The notes: a model not told the origin generated them from the letters alone. A stretch of DNA of 63,738 nucleotides, filler included, from Lama guanicoe (GCA_013239625.1; 210 parts of 210 records of this genome joined end to end with filler, not necessarily neighbours in it); one strand, 5' to 3'; shown: positions 12,011-23,914, counted from the whole stretch's first letter. Made by a program: numbers and translations.

Positions 12011-13375
12011 CCCAAAGTCTACATAATATTGTTAAGTTAATCTTCTCACTACCCAATTCNNNNNNNNNNNNNNNNNNNNNNNNNNNNNNNNNNNNNNNNN
12101 NNNTTAATTAATTAANNNNNNNNNNNNNNNNNNNNNNNNNNNNNNNNNNNNNNNNNNNNTGAGGCTGAGTCGGCTCATTCCCGGGACTGTGAGCCTGAGT
12201 CTGGTTCCCGGGTGCCGCGCAGCAGATCGCTAAGCCGCAGAGGAGGGGATGGAGGCAGCAAACACTCCCTGGAGTTCTAGCTGACAGACCTCCGTACAAA
12301 CACACAGCCGGGCGACTGAATTCTCAGACCTAAGTCATAAACGACCGGACTCTGCTGCTACCCNNNNNNNNNNNNNNNNNNNNNNNNNNNNNNNNNNNNN
12401 NNNNNNNTTAATTAATTAANNNNNNNNNNNNNNNNNNNNNNNNNNNNNNNNNNNNNNNNNNNNAAAAAAATCTCATTTAAATACTTCCCAATCCTCTTCT
12501 AGATTTTGTAATATTGTTAGCCAAATGGCATACTTCAGACCCCTTAAAGTCTATGCACGGTGATCACTTCAGGGTAGGAAGGGGTTAATATTAAGAAACA
12601 CAGGACAGATCTGTGAGAAAAGCATCTAATTTGGGATGAAGACAAAGTGACTGGCGGTCGTGGTTGGNNNNNNNNNNNNNNNNNNNNNNNNNNNNNNNNN
12701 NNNNNNNNNNNTTAATTAATTAANNNNNNNNNNNNNNNNNNNNNNNNNNNNNNNNNNNNNNNNNNNNTACAGGCTGAAGATTCAGCCACAGAAAGATTCT
12801 CTGGTAAAGAAGTTAGGTAAATAACCATGTCAGTCGTCTTTCAATAGTTCAGTGTAGAGAAATTGGAAGCCCAGTCTTGGGGAGTTTGCCCGATGTGATC
12901 ACCAGTGTGGTCACCATTTTTTATTTTCATTATTCATGGTTTTCCTCCTTCCTTCTTTCTCTGGAGTAACANNNNNNNNNNNNNNNNNNNNNNNNNNNNN
13001 NNNNNNNNNNNNNNNTTAATTAATTAANNNNNNNNNNNNNNNNNNNNNNNNNNNNNNNNNNNNNNNNNNNNAGTCTCAGTAACAAACCCAGAGACAGAGA
13101 ACCAGCAGCTGCACCAAGTGGTGACAGCTGAAGGGGGCCAGCGGGTCACACAGTGATGCGGATGCCACACAGCTTCTTCACTGGTGGGTTATATGACGGC
13201 TCCTCGGGAGACTGCCCCTGTTTGGAGTAAAACACCCTATGGTATTTTGTATAAAGTGGCAACTGTGAATAGTTTNNNNNNNNNNNNNNNNNNNNNNNNN
13301 NNNNNNNNNNNNNNNNNNNTTAATTAATTAANNNNNNNNNNNNNNNNNNNNNNNNNNNNNNNNNNNNNNNNNNNN

Positions 13376-13579
13376 CACCTCATCGACAAGCTTTATATGG
13401 CTAAACAGGAGTGTGCCGGGATGGCGACAACTGTAAAGAATGCCAGGCTAGAAAAGGAGCCAGGAAGTACACCCAGCCTCGCTGACACTTACAGAAAGTC
13501 GATGACGGTCAACCTGAGCTCGAGGAAGGGAATCAATTTTCTCATCCGAGAACTGAAGAAAGAGAGATCCTTGCAGTCT
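13376..13579 (+). CDS. Open internal fragment of a divergent cTAGE5/MIA2-like (CTAGE-family) gene
   Basis: 68 open codons HLIDKLYMAKQECAGMATTVKNARLEKEPGSTPSLADTYRKSMTVNLSSRKGINFLIRELKKERSLQS align colinearly with recalled cTAGE5 [70 protein letters not shown]; the other two plus frames are closed. Confidence 0.65.
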
Positions 13580-13679
13580 NNNNNNNNNNNNNNNNNNNNN
13601 NNNNNNNNNNNNNNNNNNNNNNNTTAATTAATTAANNNNNNNNNNNNNNNNNNNNNNNNNNNNNNNNNNNNNNNNNNNN

Positions 13680-13883
13680 GATGAGGGACCCGTAGAATAT
13701 GGTGACTGCCAGCATGTGGGAGCTACACGTGGAGAAAGCCTTGCGTCTCCCCTCAGCTGAGCGCATCCCCAGGATGGCAGAGATGATGTACACGTAGGAG
13801 ACAAAGACAACCAGGAGGGAAGAAATGAACTTGATACCAGCACAGACAAAGATCCACAGCCGCTTGGTGTGAGTGTCTGAGCA
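13680..13883 (-). CDS. Olfactory receptor fragment, family 5 (OR5AL1-like), TM5-TM6
   Basis: Open frame absent from the ORF track: [68 protein letters not shown], with OR signatures CSDT, SY and KAFSTCxSH. Confidence 0.95.
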
Positions 13884-15199
13884 NNNNNNNNNNNNNNNNN
13901 NNNNNNNNNNNNNNNNNNNNNNNNNNNTTAATTAATTAANNNNNNNNNNNNNNNNNNNNNNNNNNNNNNNNNNNNNNNNNNNNCAAAATCATTCAGTCTG
14001 AAAAGTTGTAACTATATTTTCCTTAGACCATACTTTAAGATAATTAAAAAATTACCACCCAAAATGAATGCATATCTGAATATCTCTTATATTTACACCT
14101 ACTCAAATTTATAATAGACATCATACCTGAGTATCTCTATTGTTAAAGAAGGTCTTTATATTGACATTGCATGTCATGATGACTATGNNNNNNNNNNNNN
14201 NNNNNNNNNNNNNNNNNNNNNNNNNNNNNNNTTAATTAATTAANNNNNNNNNNNNNNNNNNNNNNNNNNNNNNNNNNNNNNNNNNNNTACAGCACCCTGG
14301 GGCTCAGGAACACCAGCCCCCTTGGCCACCTCTGCTTCTGCTGGACAGCCCCAGCCAGGAAGCAGGGGAATATCGAGTCGGCTCTAGGCTGGGAGAGCGA
14401 TAATACCATGATGGCTCCTACTCACCAGCTCCACCTCCGAGAAGTGTCACAGCAGTGCCCACACAGGGGCTTTAGCTGGGGAGCAGGAGAANNNNNNNNN
14501 NNNNNNNNNNNNNNNNNNNNNNNNNNNNNNNNNNNTTAATTAATTAANNNNNNNNNNNNNNNNNNNNNNNNNNNNNNNNNNNNNNNNNNNNACGTGGAGG
14601 ATTTGAAGCATGGGGTGTGAGGCAGGGGCACGCAGACAGGCGGCAGGCAACATCGCCCAGTGAGAGAAGAGTCGGAGAGGGTCTCGAGAATACCTTTGGA
14701 AATCGAGCCCAAGGACGTTGAGTGACTGGCAAGCCTGCCCTTTCCACTCCGGGATGTAGATCCTTTATCTTGGGTGCCAGCTGGTGCCCATCTCCNNNNN
14801 NNNNNNNNNNNNNNNNNNNNNNNNNNNNNNNNNNNNNNNTTAATTAATTAANNNNNNNNNNNNNNNNNNNNNNNNNNNNNNNNNNNNNNNNNNNNGAAGA
14901 TAATCGGGCACTTGGAGAGCTGCAGTGATTTCAGACACACGGAGACCTTCCTTAGGACTGAAGAACTTCTGGTGGACCAGAGTGGTAGTGGCGCCCATTT
15001 GGAGCTCGAAATACGGAAGGAGGGACACACTGTAGGAGCGCACAGTAGGGCAGACAAATTTAGAGAAATGTGTCTGTGTTGAGGGCGGGAGTGTGGTGCN
15101 NNNNNNNNNNNNNNNNNNNNNNNNNNNNNNNNNNNNNNNNNNNTTAATTAATTAANNNNNNNNNNNNNNNNNNNNNNNNNNNNNNNNNNNNNNNNNNNN

Positions 15200-15296
15200 A
15201 CCCCTCCCGCCGCCCCCTTGGCAACCACAAGTTTGTATTCTATGTCTACGAGTCTGCTTCTGTTTTGTATTTATGTTTTTGTTTTTTTAGATTCCT
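15200..15296 (-). mobile_element. L1 3'UTR fragment, camelid-type
   Basis: 'cccccttggcaaccacaagtttgtattctatgtctacgagtctgcttctgttttgtatttatg...ttagattcc'; complementary to the L1 3'UTR in 15640-15707. Confidence 0.85.
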
Positions 15297-15503
15297 CATA
15301 AGGGTATACATATTTTTAACTTTAGTAATTACTGCCAAACGGCTTTTTTTGAGGAGTTTTACAAATTTACACTTAAACCAGCAATCGAACACAGTCCTGT
15401 TTGNNNNNNNNNNNNNNNNNNNNNNNNNNNNNNNNNNNNNNNNNNNNTTAATTAATTAANNNNNNNNNNNNNNNNNNNNNNNNNNNNNNNNNNNNNNNNN
15501 NNN

Positions 15504-15707
15504 ATGGAATACTATTCAGCCATGAAAACCGACAACATAACACCATTTGCAGTAACATGGATGTTCCTGGAAAATGTCATTCTAAATGAAGCAAGCCAGA
15601 AAGAGAAAGAAAAGTACCATATGAGATCGCTCATATATGGAATCTAAAAAAAAAAAACCCCAAACATAAATACAAAACAGAAACAGACTCATAGACATAG
15701 AATACAA
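15504..15707 (+). mobile_element. Young L1 ORF2 C-terminus plus 3'UTR
   Basis: MEYYSAMKTDNITPFAVTWMFLENVILNEASQKEKEKYHMRSLIYGI* is the L1 ORF2p C-terminus. Confidence 0.95.
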
Positions 15708-16111
15708 NNNNNNNNNNNNNNNNNNNNNNNNNNNNNNNNNNNNNNNNNNNNTTAATTAATTAANNNNNNNNNNNNNNNNNNNNNNNNNNNNNNNNNNNNN
15801 NNNNNNNAATGTCTACTCAGTTTTCTCATTGTAGTTTCCTCTACTACATGACAATGCCAACCTACCTATATTCACATATGTTTATATGTTTAGCATTTAG
15901 AAGTTTAACAAACCACACTGTCTACGAAAAGTGATATAGTTTTAAATCCCTTGACCCATATGCATACTGAAAAACAAAATACCAAGAAAACAGCTTATAT
16001 TCCTGAGAGCANNNNNNNNNNNNNNNNNNNNNNNNNNNNNNNNNNNNNNNNNNNNTTAATTAATTAANNNNNNNNNNNNNNNNNNNNNNNNNNNNNNNNN
16101 NNNNNNNNNNN

Positions 16112-16315
16112 GTAATTGTCTTTTCTTTTTGCCATCCTAGTGGGTGTGAAATGGTAGCTCGTTGTGGTCTTAATTTGCATTTCCCTAATAACTAATAGGG
16201 CCAACTGCTTTTTTTCATGTGCTTATTGGCCACTTGCATATTTTCTTTGGAAAAAACGTCTTCAAGTCCTTTGCCCATTTTTAATTGAGCCATCTTTTAA
16301 TTGCTGGGCTGTAAG
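16112..16315 (-). mobile_element. L1M ORF2 3' fragment
   Basis: 'gccatcctagtgggtgtgaaatggtagctc...aatttgcatttccctaata...ttcaagtcctttgcccattttt'. Confidence 0.88.
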
Positions 16316-16749
16316 NNNNNNNNNNNNNNNNNNNNNNNNNNNNNNNNNNNNNNNNNNNNTTAATTAATTAANNNNNNNNNNNNNNNNNNNNNNNNNNNNN
16401 NNNNNNNNNNNNNNNAATAGAAGCATCCTATATAGAAAAGACAGATATTTGCTCTGTTTACATGCAAACTGGGACAATTTCCTTTAATGTAGATGTGAGA
16501 ACTGGAGTAAGAAAGGAAAGCCACTTAGGAGAAAACATTCCCCAAGTCTTCTTTTTCTTTTTATTTAGTCCTTTTTATTTTGTTTAACCTGACAAAAAGA
16601 GGAAGAGAAGAAAAATTCCNNNNNNNNNNNNNNNNNNNNNNNNNNNNNNNNNNNNNNNNNNNNTTAATTAATTAANNNNNNNNNNNNNNNNNNNNNNNNN
16701 NNNNNNNNNNNNNNNNNNNAAACATATTGGTTGGTTGACTTCCTGCAAT

Positions 16750-16923
16750 GGTGAGTTGGAGTCAGCGCCTACCAGATTGCAACTGTGATATGTTCAGTAA
16801 TTTTGTGAGCCCACAGGTAAACATAATGATGCAAACTTGCAGCTAAATAAATTACATCAAAAGCAAAGGTAATAAATACTCAGAATGCATTACTTCCTAA
16901 TTATTTTACCACATTGTACTCTT
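16750..16923. mobile_element. MER63-like hAT-Blackjack fragment
   Basis: 'aaaagcaaaggtaataaatactcagaatgcattacttcctaattattttaccacatt' resembles MER63B-D; 48980-49120 is MER63A-like. Confidence 0.55.
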
Positions 16924-17327
16924 NNNNNNNNNNNNNNNNNNNNNNNNNNNNNNNNNNNNNNNNNNNNTTAATTAATTAANNNNNNNNNNNNNNNNNNNNN
17001 NNNNNNNNNNNNNNNNNNNNNNNATGCTTCCTATGTTGTCAGACGCTGAACTGGACACATAACCTGCACTCTCTTTGTGAAGCGCATGTTACCAGGAGCC
17101 CATTTTACAGATGTGGGAGGTTAACATTGAGGAGGGCTGCCTGGATTAAGGAATGCAGATGCCAGGGCAAGTGCTGCTGTGTTTCCTTCCCCGCAGGAGT
17201 ACTGCAAGTTCAAGAACGCGGAGGACTNNNNNNNNNNNNNNNNNNNNNNNNNNNNNNNNNNNNNNNNNNNNTTAATTAATTAANNNNNNNNNNNNNNNNN
17301 NNNNNNNNNNNNNNNNNNNNNNNNNNN

Positions 17328-17531
17328 CCCCCCTCCCCCGCGCCGAGACCCGAGGCGCGCGGACGGCGGGGCAGCCCGGCTGGGGTCGGGGCCGGGGCCG
17401 GGCCCGACGCCGCAGCTCCGTCCGCCGAGGCCGGGCGGGGGCACTCACCACACCACGCCGTGGGAACCCTCGCCGAGGTCGCAGGTTGCTGGAGCGCGGG
17501 GGGACCGCGCGGCCGCCGCTGCAGCCGCCGC
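17328..17531 (-). promoter_or_regulatory. CpG island fragment with probable first exon and 5' splice donor
   Basis: Very GC/CpG-rich; minus strand reads GTG|GTGAGT (plus ACTCAC 17443-17448) followed by a GC-rich intron start. Gene not recognised. Confidence 0.6.
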
Positions 17532-17631
17532 NNNNNNNNNNNNNNNNNNNNNNNNNNNNNNNNNNNNNNNNNNNNTTAATTAATTAANNNNNNNNNNNNN
17601 NNNNNNNNNNNNNNNNNNNNNNNNNNNNNNN

Positions 17632-17835
17632 GCTCTGAAAGGTCAGCTCCTCCCCGCGGTGCTGCGGCGGGGCGGGCCGCCGGGGGGCGCGCTCCTGTCC
17701 TGTGGCTGGCGGGGTGGACCACCGCGGGGTGGACCACCGCGGGGTGCGCTCCTGTCCTGTCCCGTCGCCGGCGGGGCGGGCCGCCAGGGGCGCGCTCCTG
17801 CCCTGTGGCCGGGCTCTCTCACTCCGGGCACAGAC
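17632..17835. repeat. GC-rich internally repetitive CpG fragment
   Basis: GGCGGGGCGGGCCGCC(G/A)GGGG..CGCGCTCCTG(T/C)CCTGTGGC occurs twice; GCGGGGTGGACCACC occurs in tandem. Confidence 0.8.
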
Positions 17836-17959
17836 NNNNNNNNNNNNNNNNNNNNNNNNNNNNNNNNNNNNNNNNNNNNTTAATTAATTAANNNNNNNNN
17901 NNNNNNNNNNNNNNNNNNNNNNNNNNNNNNNNNNNAGTGGAAGACGTGAACAGAAAACA

Positions 17960-18038
17960 GATTCAGTAGTATCCGAGGTTTCAGGCATTCACTGAGCATC
18001 TTGGAACATAAACCCCGTCAGATAAAGGGGGACTACTG
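17960..18038 (+). mobile_element. MER44/Tigger7-like 3' terminus
   Basis: 'tatccgaggtttcaggcattcactgagcatcttggaacata...gataaagggggactactg' followed by TA target dinucleotide. Confidence 0.8.
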
Positions 18039-19759
18039 TACCTCTTAGTGCAGTACTTCGGGCCAATGTCTGTGTCTTAGTTATGAATGGAAGAATGAAT
18101 GCCAGTCATATACATGATTGTAAATTATTGTCTTAAGTTNNNNNNNNNNNNNNNNNNNNNNNNNNNNNNNNNNNNNNNNNNNNTTAATTAATTAANNNNN
18201 NNNNNNNNNNNNNNNNNNNNNNNNNNNNNNNNNNNNNNNTCCACCGGTGTTTCCTGACTTCTCTGAGCATGAGAGTTCCTGGGACCCTGTGGAAAGCACA
18301 GTTCACCTGGTGCTTTCCAGAGGCCTCAGCAGTAGGACCAGGAATACGGACTTTCTACGGCACCAGGGGCTGCTTAACACCAGCAAAGGTTGGGGAAATA
18401 CTGCTTCAAATCATTCAGTCTGTGATTCTTTATTCACAGCTTANNNNNNNNNNNNNNNNNNNNNNNNNNNNNNNNNNNNNNNNNNNNTTAATTAATTAAN
18501 NNNNNNNNNNNNNNNNNNNNNNNNNNNNNNNNNNNNNNNNNNNGACCCTCTCAGACTCCCTATTGAATGTGTTGTGTATGCAAGGAGGTCTCTCCACTCT
18601 GGCTCTTGAAAAATCAATCTATTCACAGCCCTTTTTCTGCCTACAGTTCTCCAATAACTGCTGTTTTCTTGGACTTTGTACTTCCCCAGCCTTGTGAGGT
18701 TTTGCTCTACACATACTCAGATTGGTATTTAACCAAAGGCTTATGGGNNNNNNNNNNNNNNNNNNNNNNNNNNNNNNNNNNNNNNNNNNNNTTAATTAAT
18801 TAANNNNNNNNNNNNNNNNNNNNNNNNNNNNNNNNNNNNNNNNNNNNAATCTACAAATAAAGAGAGAGAAAGAGATCACATAATAAAAGAGAGAGAAAGA
18901 GAGAACAGCCACATAATTGAGGAAGCTGCACAGGAGCTGGATAACTAGTTACTAAGGTAGATGTTGGGAGAAAGCTGAAGCTCAAGCTGTTAGATGAAGA
19001 GTACCGGAAGGAAGTTGATCTTGTTGACAAAACCCAGAAAGGCTCCAGAATNNNNNNNNNNNNNNNNNNNNNNNNNNNNNNNNNNNNNNNNNNNNTTAAT
19101 TAATTAANNNNNNNNNNNNNNNNNNNNNNNNNNNNNNNNNNNNNNNNNNNNGCAAATGAAAAGCCACTCATGTTTCTATCCAGCCATATTTTGGGGACCC
19201 CCTTACCTTATGATCATCAAGCCAAGTTTCCAGGACACAAAATAAGACAGACAAGAAGTCAACAGCCATCCACGTCGAGGGAAAGGACTGACAATCAGTG
19301 GGTACATGAAAGCAAAATTCACAAGTCACAATTCAAAGATCTAATTCTTACAAATNNNNNNNNNNNNNNNNNNNNNNNNNNNNNNNNNNNNNNNNNNNNT
19401 TAATTAATTAANNNNNNNNNNNNNNNNNNNNNNNNNNNNNNNNNNNNNNNNNNNNAAGCCTCCTCCCCCGTTGGTTCCAGAATGGACTTAAGACAGTTTT
19501 CACAAAGGAGAGGAGCTAAGAGTGAAATTAGGAAATGGTACCACGGAAGCCAAGTGCAAACCAGAGGGGGAGACGTCAGGTCAGGTACTGGCCTGGAAAT
19601 GCAGGCTCGTGGCTCTGTGGGTTTGCTCAGAGGAGTCCCAGAGTTGGTGCTAAGCTCCCNNNNNNNNNNNNNNNNNNNNNNNNNNNNNNNNNNNNNNNNN
19701 NNNTTAATTAATTAANNNNNNNNNNNNNNNNNNNNNNNNNNNNNNNNNNNNNNNNNNNN

Positions 19760-19963
19760 CATTTTTGGATTGGGTTGTTTGTTTTTTTCTTATTAAGTCT
19801 TATGAGCTACTTATATATTCTGGAGATCAAGCCTTCATTGGTTTCATCTGCAAAAATTTTCTCTCCTTCCGTAGGTTTTCTTTTTAGTTTTACTTATGGT
19901 TTCCTTTGCTGTGTAGAAGCTTTTAAGTTTCATTAGGTCCCATTTGTTTATTCTTGCTTTTAT
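19760..19963 (-). mobile_element. L1 ORF2 fragment
   Basis: 'ttttggattgggttgtttg...ttcctttgctgtgtagaagctttt..gtttcattaggtcccatttgtttatt'. Confidence 0.9.
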
Positions 19964-21324
19964 NNNNNNNNNNNNNNNNNNNNNNNNNNNNNNNNNNNNN
20001 NNNNNNNTTAATTAATTAANNNNNNNNNNNNNNNNNNNNNNNNNNNNNNNNNNNNNNNNNNNNACAGAATAAAAAATAAAATGAATACTATTTTTGTTTA
20101 TCCAACCATTTACAGATATGCATGTATCAACACCGAGATCAAGTCACTGACATTGCTCTGCCGAAATCATTCCCCTCAAAGACCTTTGAGAATACTTATC
20201 TCCGTTTTCCTTTGAAAGGGCTGCCATATTGTTTTTCATCCTTTACACTTTGAATCTTTCACTATATNNNNNNNNNNNNNNNNNNNNNNNNNNNNNNNNN
20301 NNNNNNNNNNNTTAATTAATTAANNNNNNNNNNNNNNNNNNNNNNNNNNNNNNNNNNNNNNNNNNNNGGTGTCTGATGTGTGTCACTGACCACAACGTCC
20401 TCATGGTTCATCTGTGTCATAGCATGTGTCAGAATCTTTCCCCTTTTTAAGGCCAAATCACATCCTGTTGTGGGATTGGACCACATTTTGTTTACGCACT
20501 CCTCTGCTGATGGCAATTGAGCAATTTTATAAGATAAAATAGACAAGGAGACACCAAATCATTAATCATGANNNNNNNNNNNNNNNNNNNNNNNNNNNNN
20601 NNNNNNNNNNNNNNNTTAATTAATTAANNNNNNNNNNNNNNNNNNNNNNNNNNNNNNNNNNNNNNNNNNNNTTTAAATGTATTCCCCTCTTAGCATTCCC
20701 ATGTAGCATCTAAACCAAAGTACGTTTATGCCAGCTAGGAAGTTGGCATTCTAACCAGGCCGCCTTGCTCTTCGCCACAATGGTACACTGCCTCTCGTCA
20801 ATAAAAGTGATTAAGTTCTTTTTTTGAAAAAAATTGAAGTATAGTCAGTTACAATGTGTCAATTTCTGGTATACANNNNNNNNNNNNNNNNNNNNNNNNN
20901 NNNNNNNNNNNNNNNNNNNTTAATTAATTAANNNNNNNNNNNNNNNNNNNNNNNNNNNNNNNNNNNNNNNNNNNNAAAAAAAAAAGGACATAAATGAACT
21001 TATCTACAAAGCAGAAAGAGACTCACAGACATAGAGAACAAACTTATGGTTACCGGTGGGGAAAGAGGGTGGGAAAGGATAAATTGGGAATTCGAAAATT
21101 ACACCTCTTGGGGAGTGATGGTAACATTAACTATCTTGATTGTAGTAATGATCTCATTGGTGTGTACATCTACCAAAATNNNNNNNNNNNNNNNNNNNNN
21201 NNNNNNNNNNNNNNNNNNNNNNNTTAATTAATTAANNNNNNNNNNNNNNNNNNNNNNNNNNNNNNNNNNNNNNNNNNNNGTGGCATTCACTGTTACTGCA
21301 AATGCTAATCCTTTAATTTAATGA

Positions 21325-21445
21325 CTATTTAATATTTATATAGTATTTTATATAATATTTATTTAGTATTTATTTATATAGTATTTTATATAATATTTAT
21401 ATAGTATTTATATAATATTTAATAGTATATTTAATATACTATTTA
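21325..21445. repeat. AT-rich degenerate tandem repeat
   Basis: Iterated TATTTATATAGTATTTTATATAA-like units. Confidence 0.85.
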
Positions 21446-23258
21446 AATGTGTATTTTCCAAAAAGGATCTTCAAAATCATCAGNNNNNNNNNNNNNNNNN
21501 NNNNNNNNNNNNNNNNNNNNNNNNNNNTTAATTAATTAANNNNNNNNNNNNNNNNNNNNNNNNNNNNNNNNNNNNNNNNNNNNGTTGAATATTAATTTCC
21601 TACTAAAGAAATATAATTATTATTTTTTTAATTCTAGAAGCCTGATGTTGTCCTAAAGATCAGTTTACCTTTGTCCCCGTGAGGAACCAGAAGAAGAAAT
21701 TGTGAACAAGTGCCAGCGTGCTTCTGAGAGCCCCCAAGGGTTTGGTTCCTTCCTGCAGTTACAAGAGTTCTAATGTGTTGCAGGAGTNNNNNNNNNNNNN
21801 NNNNNNNNNNNNNNNNNNNNNNNNNNNNNNNTTAATTAATTAANNNNNNNNNNNNNNNNNNNNNNNNNNNNNNNNNNNNNNNNNNNNTGGAATTATAACA
21901 CTGTGTTTTCAGAAAGGGCCCAGAGCCCAGGAGACTAAGACTCATTACGTTTCCATGTTCCTATTAAAAAGTTGTCATCTCTAGGCCAGAAAATGGAAAC
22001 CTTCGAATTTCAGGATAAATACTTTATAAGAACTAAAATTACTTCAGCTGAAGAAGAAGGAAGTTATACATTAATTATAAGGGTTTTCACCNNNNNNNNN
22101 NNNNNNNNNNNNNNNNNNNNNNNNNNNNNNNNNNNTTAATTAATTAANNNNNNNNNNNNNNNNNNNNNNNNNNNNNNNNNNNNNNNNNNNNGGAGGGAAA
22201 AATGTGGGTCGCTCATTTCTAAAGACACTTTTAAAAAATGGTTATTTGGGGCCAATGCTGTTGGTTTATACATAAGATGCTGATGGTGGTGGTGGTGGGG
22301 TGTGTGTGTTTACACTGGGAGTAACAGTTATTAATCTTTCTAAATGTTTTTTTAACTTTTCATTTTTTCTAGTTTGATTAAGATTTAATTGACATNNNNN
22401 NNNNNNNNNNNNNNNNNNNNNNNNNNNNNNNNNNNNNNNTTAATTAATTAANNNNNNNNNNNNNNNNNNNNNNNNNNNNNNNNNNNNNNNNNNNNACAAA
22501 TACTCAATAGAAATTATGAGCTCTGAATTATTAAAATTAAGGTCGCTAATTGACATACTAGTTGATTAATCAGGCTACAATTCATTTTATCATTGTACCA
22601 TTAAACACATTTAATTGTATTTGGTTATGAGAATTGCAAAGTTAAGTGGTTGGAAATTAAATAAGGAATGTATAGTCTGTCCCTTAGTTTTCAACAAACN
22701 NNNNNNNNNNNNNNNNNNNNNNNNNNNNNNNNNNNNNNNNNNNTTAATTAATTAANNNNNNNNNNNNNNNNNNNNNNNNNNNNNNNNNNNNNNNNNNNNC
22801 AGGAAAGAGTTTCTAAAAAGGTGTAAGCAGAGGGGAGGTTGCAGCTGCAGCAACTAACCGCCCTCTAAGGTGTCCCGAAAGTAAAAGGCTCTCGTTGACC
22901 GAGAATGGATTTGGGCAGGGAGTGTGAGTGTCAGCGGCAATATGGGCCCGGACAACGCTCTGAGGAGCGGCTGAGTGACTTTGCAGGGTCCTGAGGACGG
23001 AGGNNNNNNNNNNNNNNNNNNNNNNNNNNNNNNNNNNNNNNNNNNNNTTAATTAATTAANNNNNNNNNNNNNNNNNNNNNNNNNNNNNNNNNNNNNNNNN
23101 NNNGCCTACAAGTCTCTAAGCTGTATTCAGGAAAGGTGTCTGGAGACAATGAACCATACAGGAAGTGTGGCCCAGCTGATGAACTGTATGGTTGACCAGA
23201 GAGGTTGTGGGTGGTGAGGGTACCTGAAGTTCTGTCCTACAAGAAAGAATGAAAAGGG

Positions 23259-23260
<2 letters not shown>

Positions 23261-23304
<44 letters not shown>

Positions 23305-23306
23305 AA
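23261..23306 (+). repeat. (GAAA)n microsatellite at contig end
   Basis: Direct reading, about 11 units. Confidence 0.97.
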
Positions 23307-23406
23307 NNNNNNNNNNNNNNNNNNNNNNNNNNNNNNNNNNNNNNNNNNNNTTAATTAATTAANNNNNNNNNNNNNNNNNNNNNNNNNNNNNNNNNNNNNN
23401 NNNNNN

Positions 23407-23610
23407 AGAAACACTTATTCTGGTTTCTCAGTCTGTTTCTTAGTGCCGGTTTGAAGTTCGTGCGGTTTTCACTGAAAAACTGAGCTGGAGTTGTACACCT
23501 ATATATATGTATGTAGTGGTGTTTGCAACTGAAAAGGAACTTTCTGTTCCCTTCAGGCTATGTGAAGGAAGGCTTTCACACACACTTATCTCTCAGAACT
23601 GGGCATGTGG
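23407..23610. repeat. Satellite-like tandem repeat fragment (homologous to 8209-8412)
   Basis: Shares AGAAACACTTA(T/C)TCTGGTTTCTCAGT..TAGTGCC, ACTGAAAA..AA..TGTTCCC and CACACTTA.CTCTCAGAA...GCATGTGG blocks in permuted order. Confidence 0.8.
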
Positions 23611-23735
23611 NNNNNNNNNNNNNNNNNNNNNNNNNNNNNNNNNNNNNNNNNNNNTTAATTAATTAANNNNNNNNNNNNNNNNNNNNNNNNNNNNNNNNNN
23701 NNNNNNNNNNTTACAGCTTGGTGTTACAGCTCAGT

Positions 23736-23914
23736 TGTGACAGCAACCTGGATCTGGGCAAGAGATCAATCAGCACTCGCAGAGTTGCAGAACTCAGGTT
23801 TATTAAGCCCCCAGGCCCAAAGGAGTTAACACTTCAAGCTTTGGACCCCATCTGTAGGTTTACACAGGCCTTTTATAGGCTGTCAATTTTACACTTTGCA
23901 ACATCATATGCAAA
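23736..23914 (-). mobile_element. ERV LTR 3' half (U3 end-R-U5)
   Basis: Minus strand has TATAAAA (23877-23871), AATAAA about 70 bp downstream (23804-23799) and a candidate CA terminus at 23736. Confidence 0.6.

Noticed and set aside
13149..13176. CACAGTG as a V(D)J recombination signal heptamer
   Set aside because: No ACAAAAACC-like nonamer at 12- or 23-bp spacing and no V, D or J coding sequence.
14896..15099. Several long open frames and an acceptor-like CTCCTACAG on the minus strand
   Set aside because: No recognisable protein in any frame; chance openness in 204 bp is plausible.
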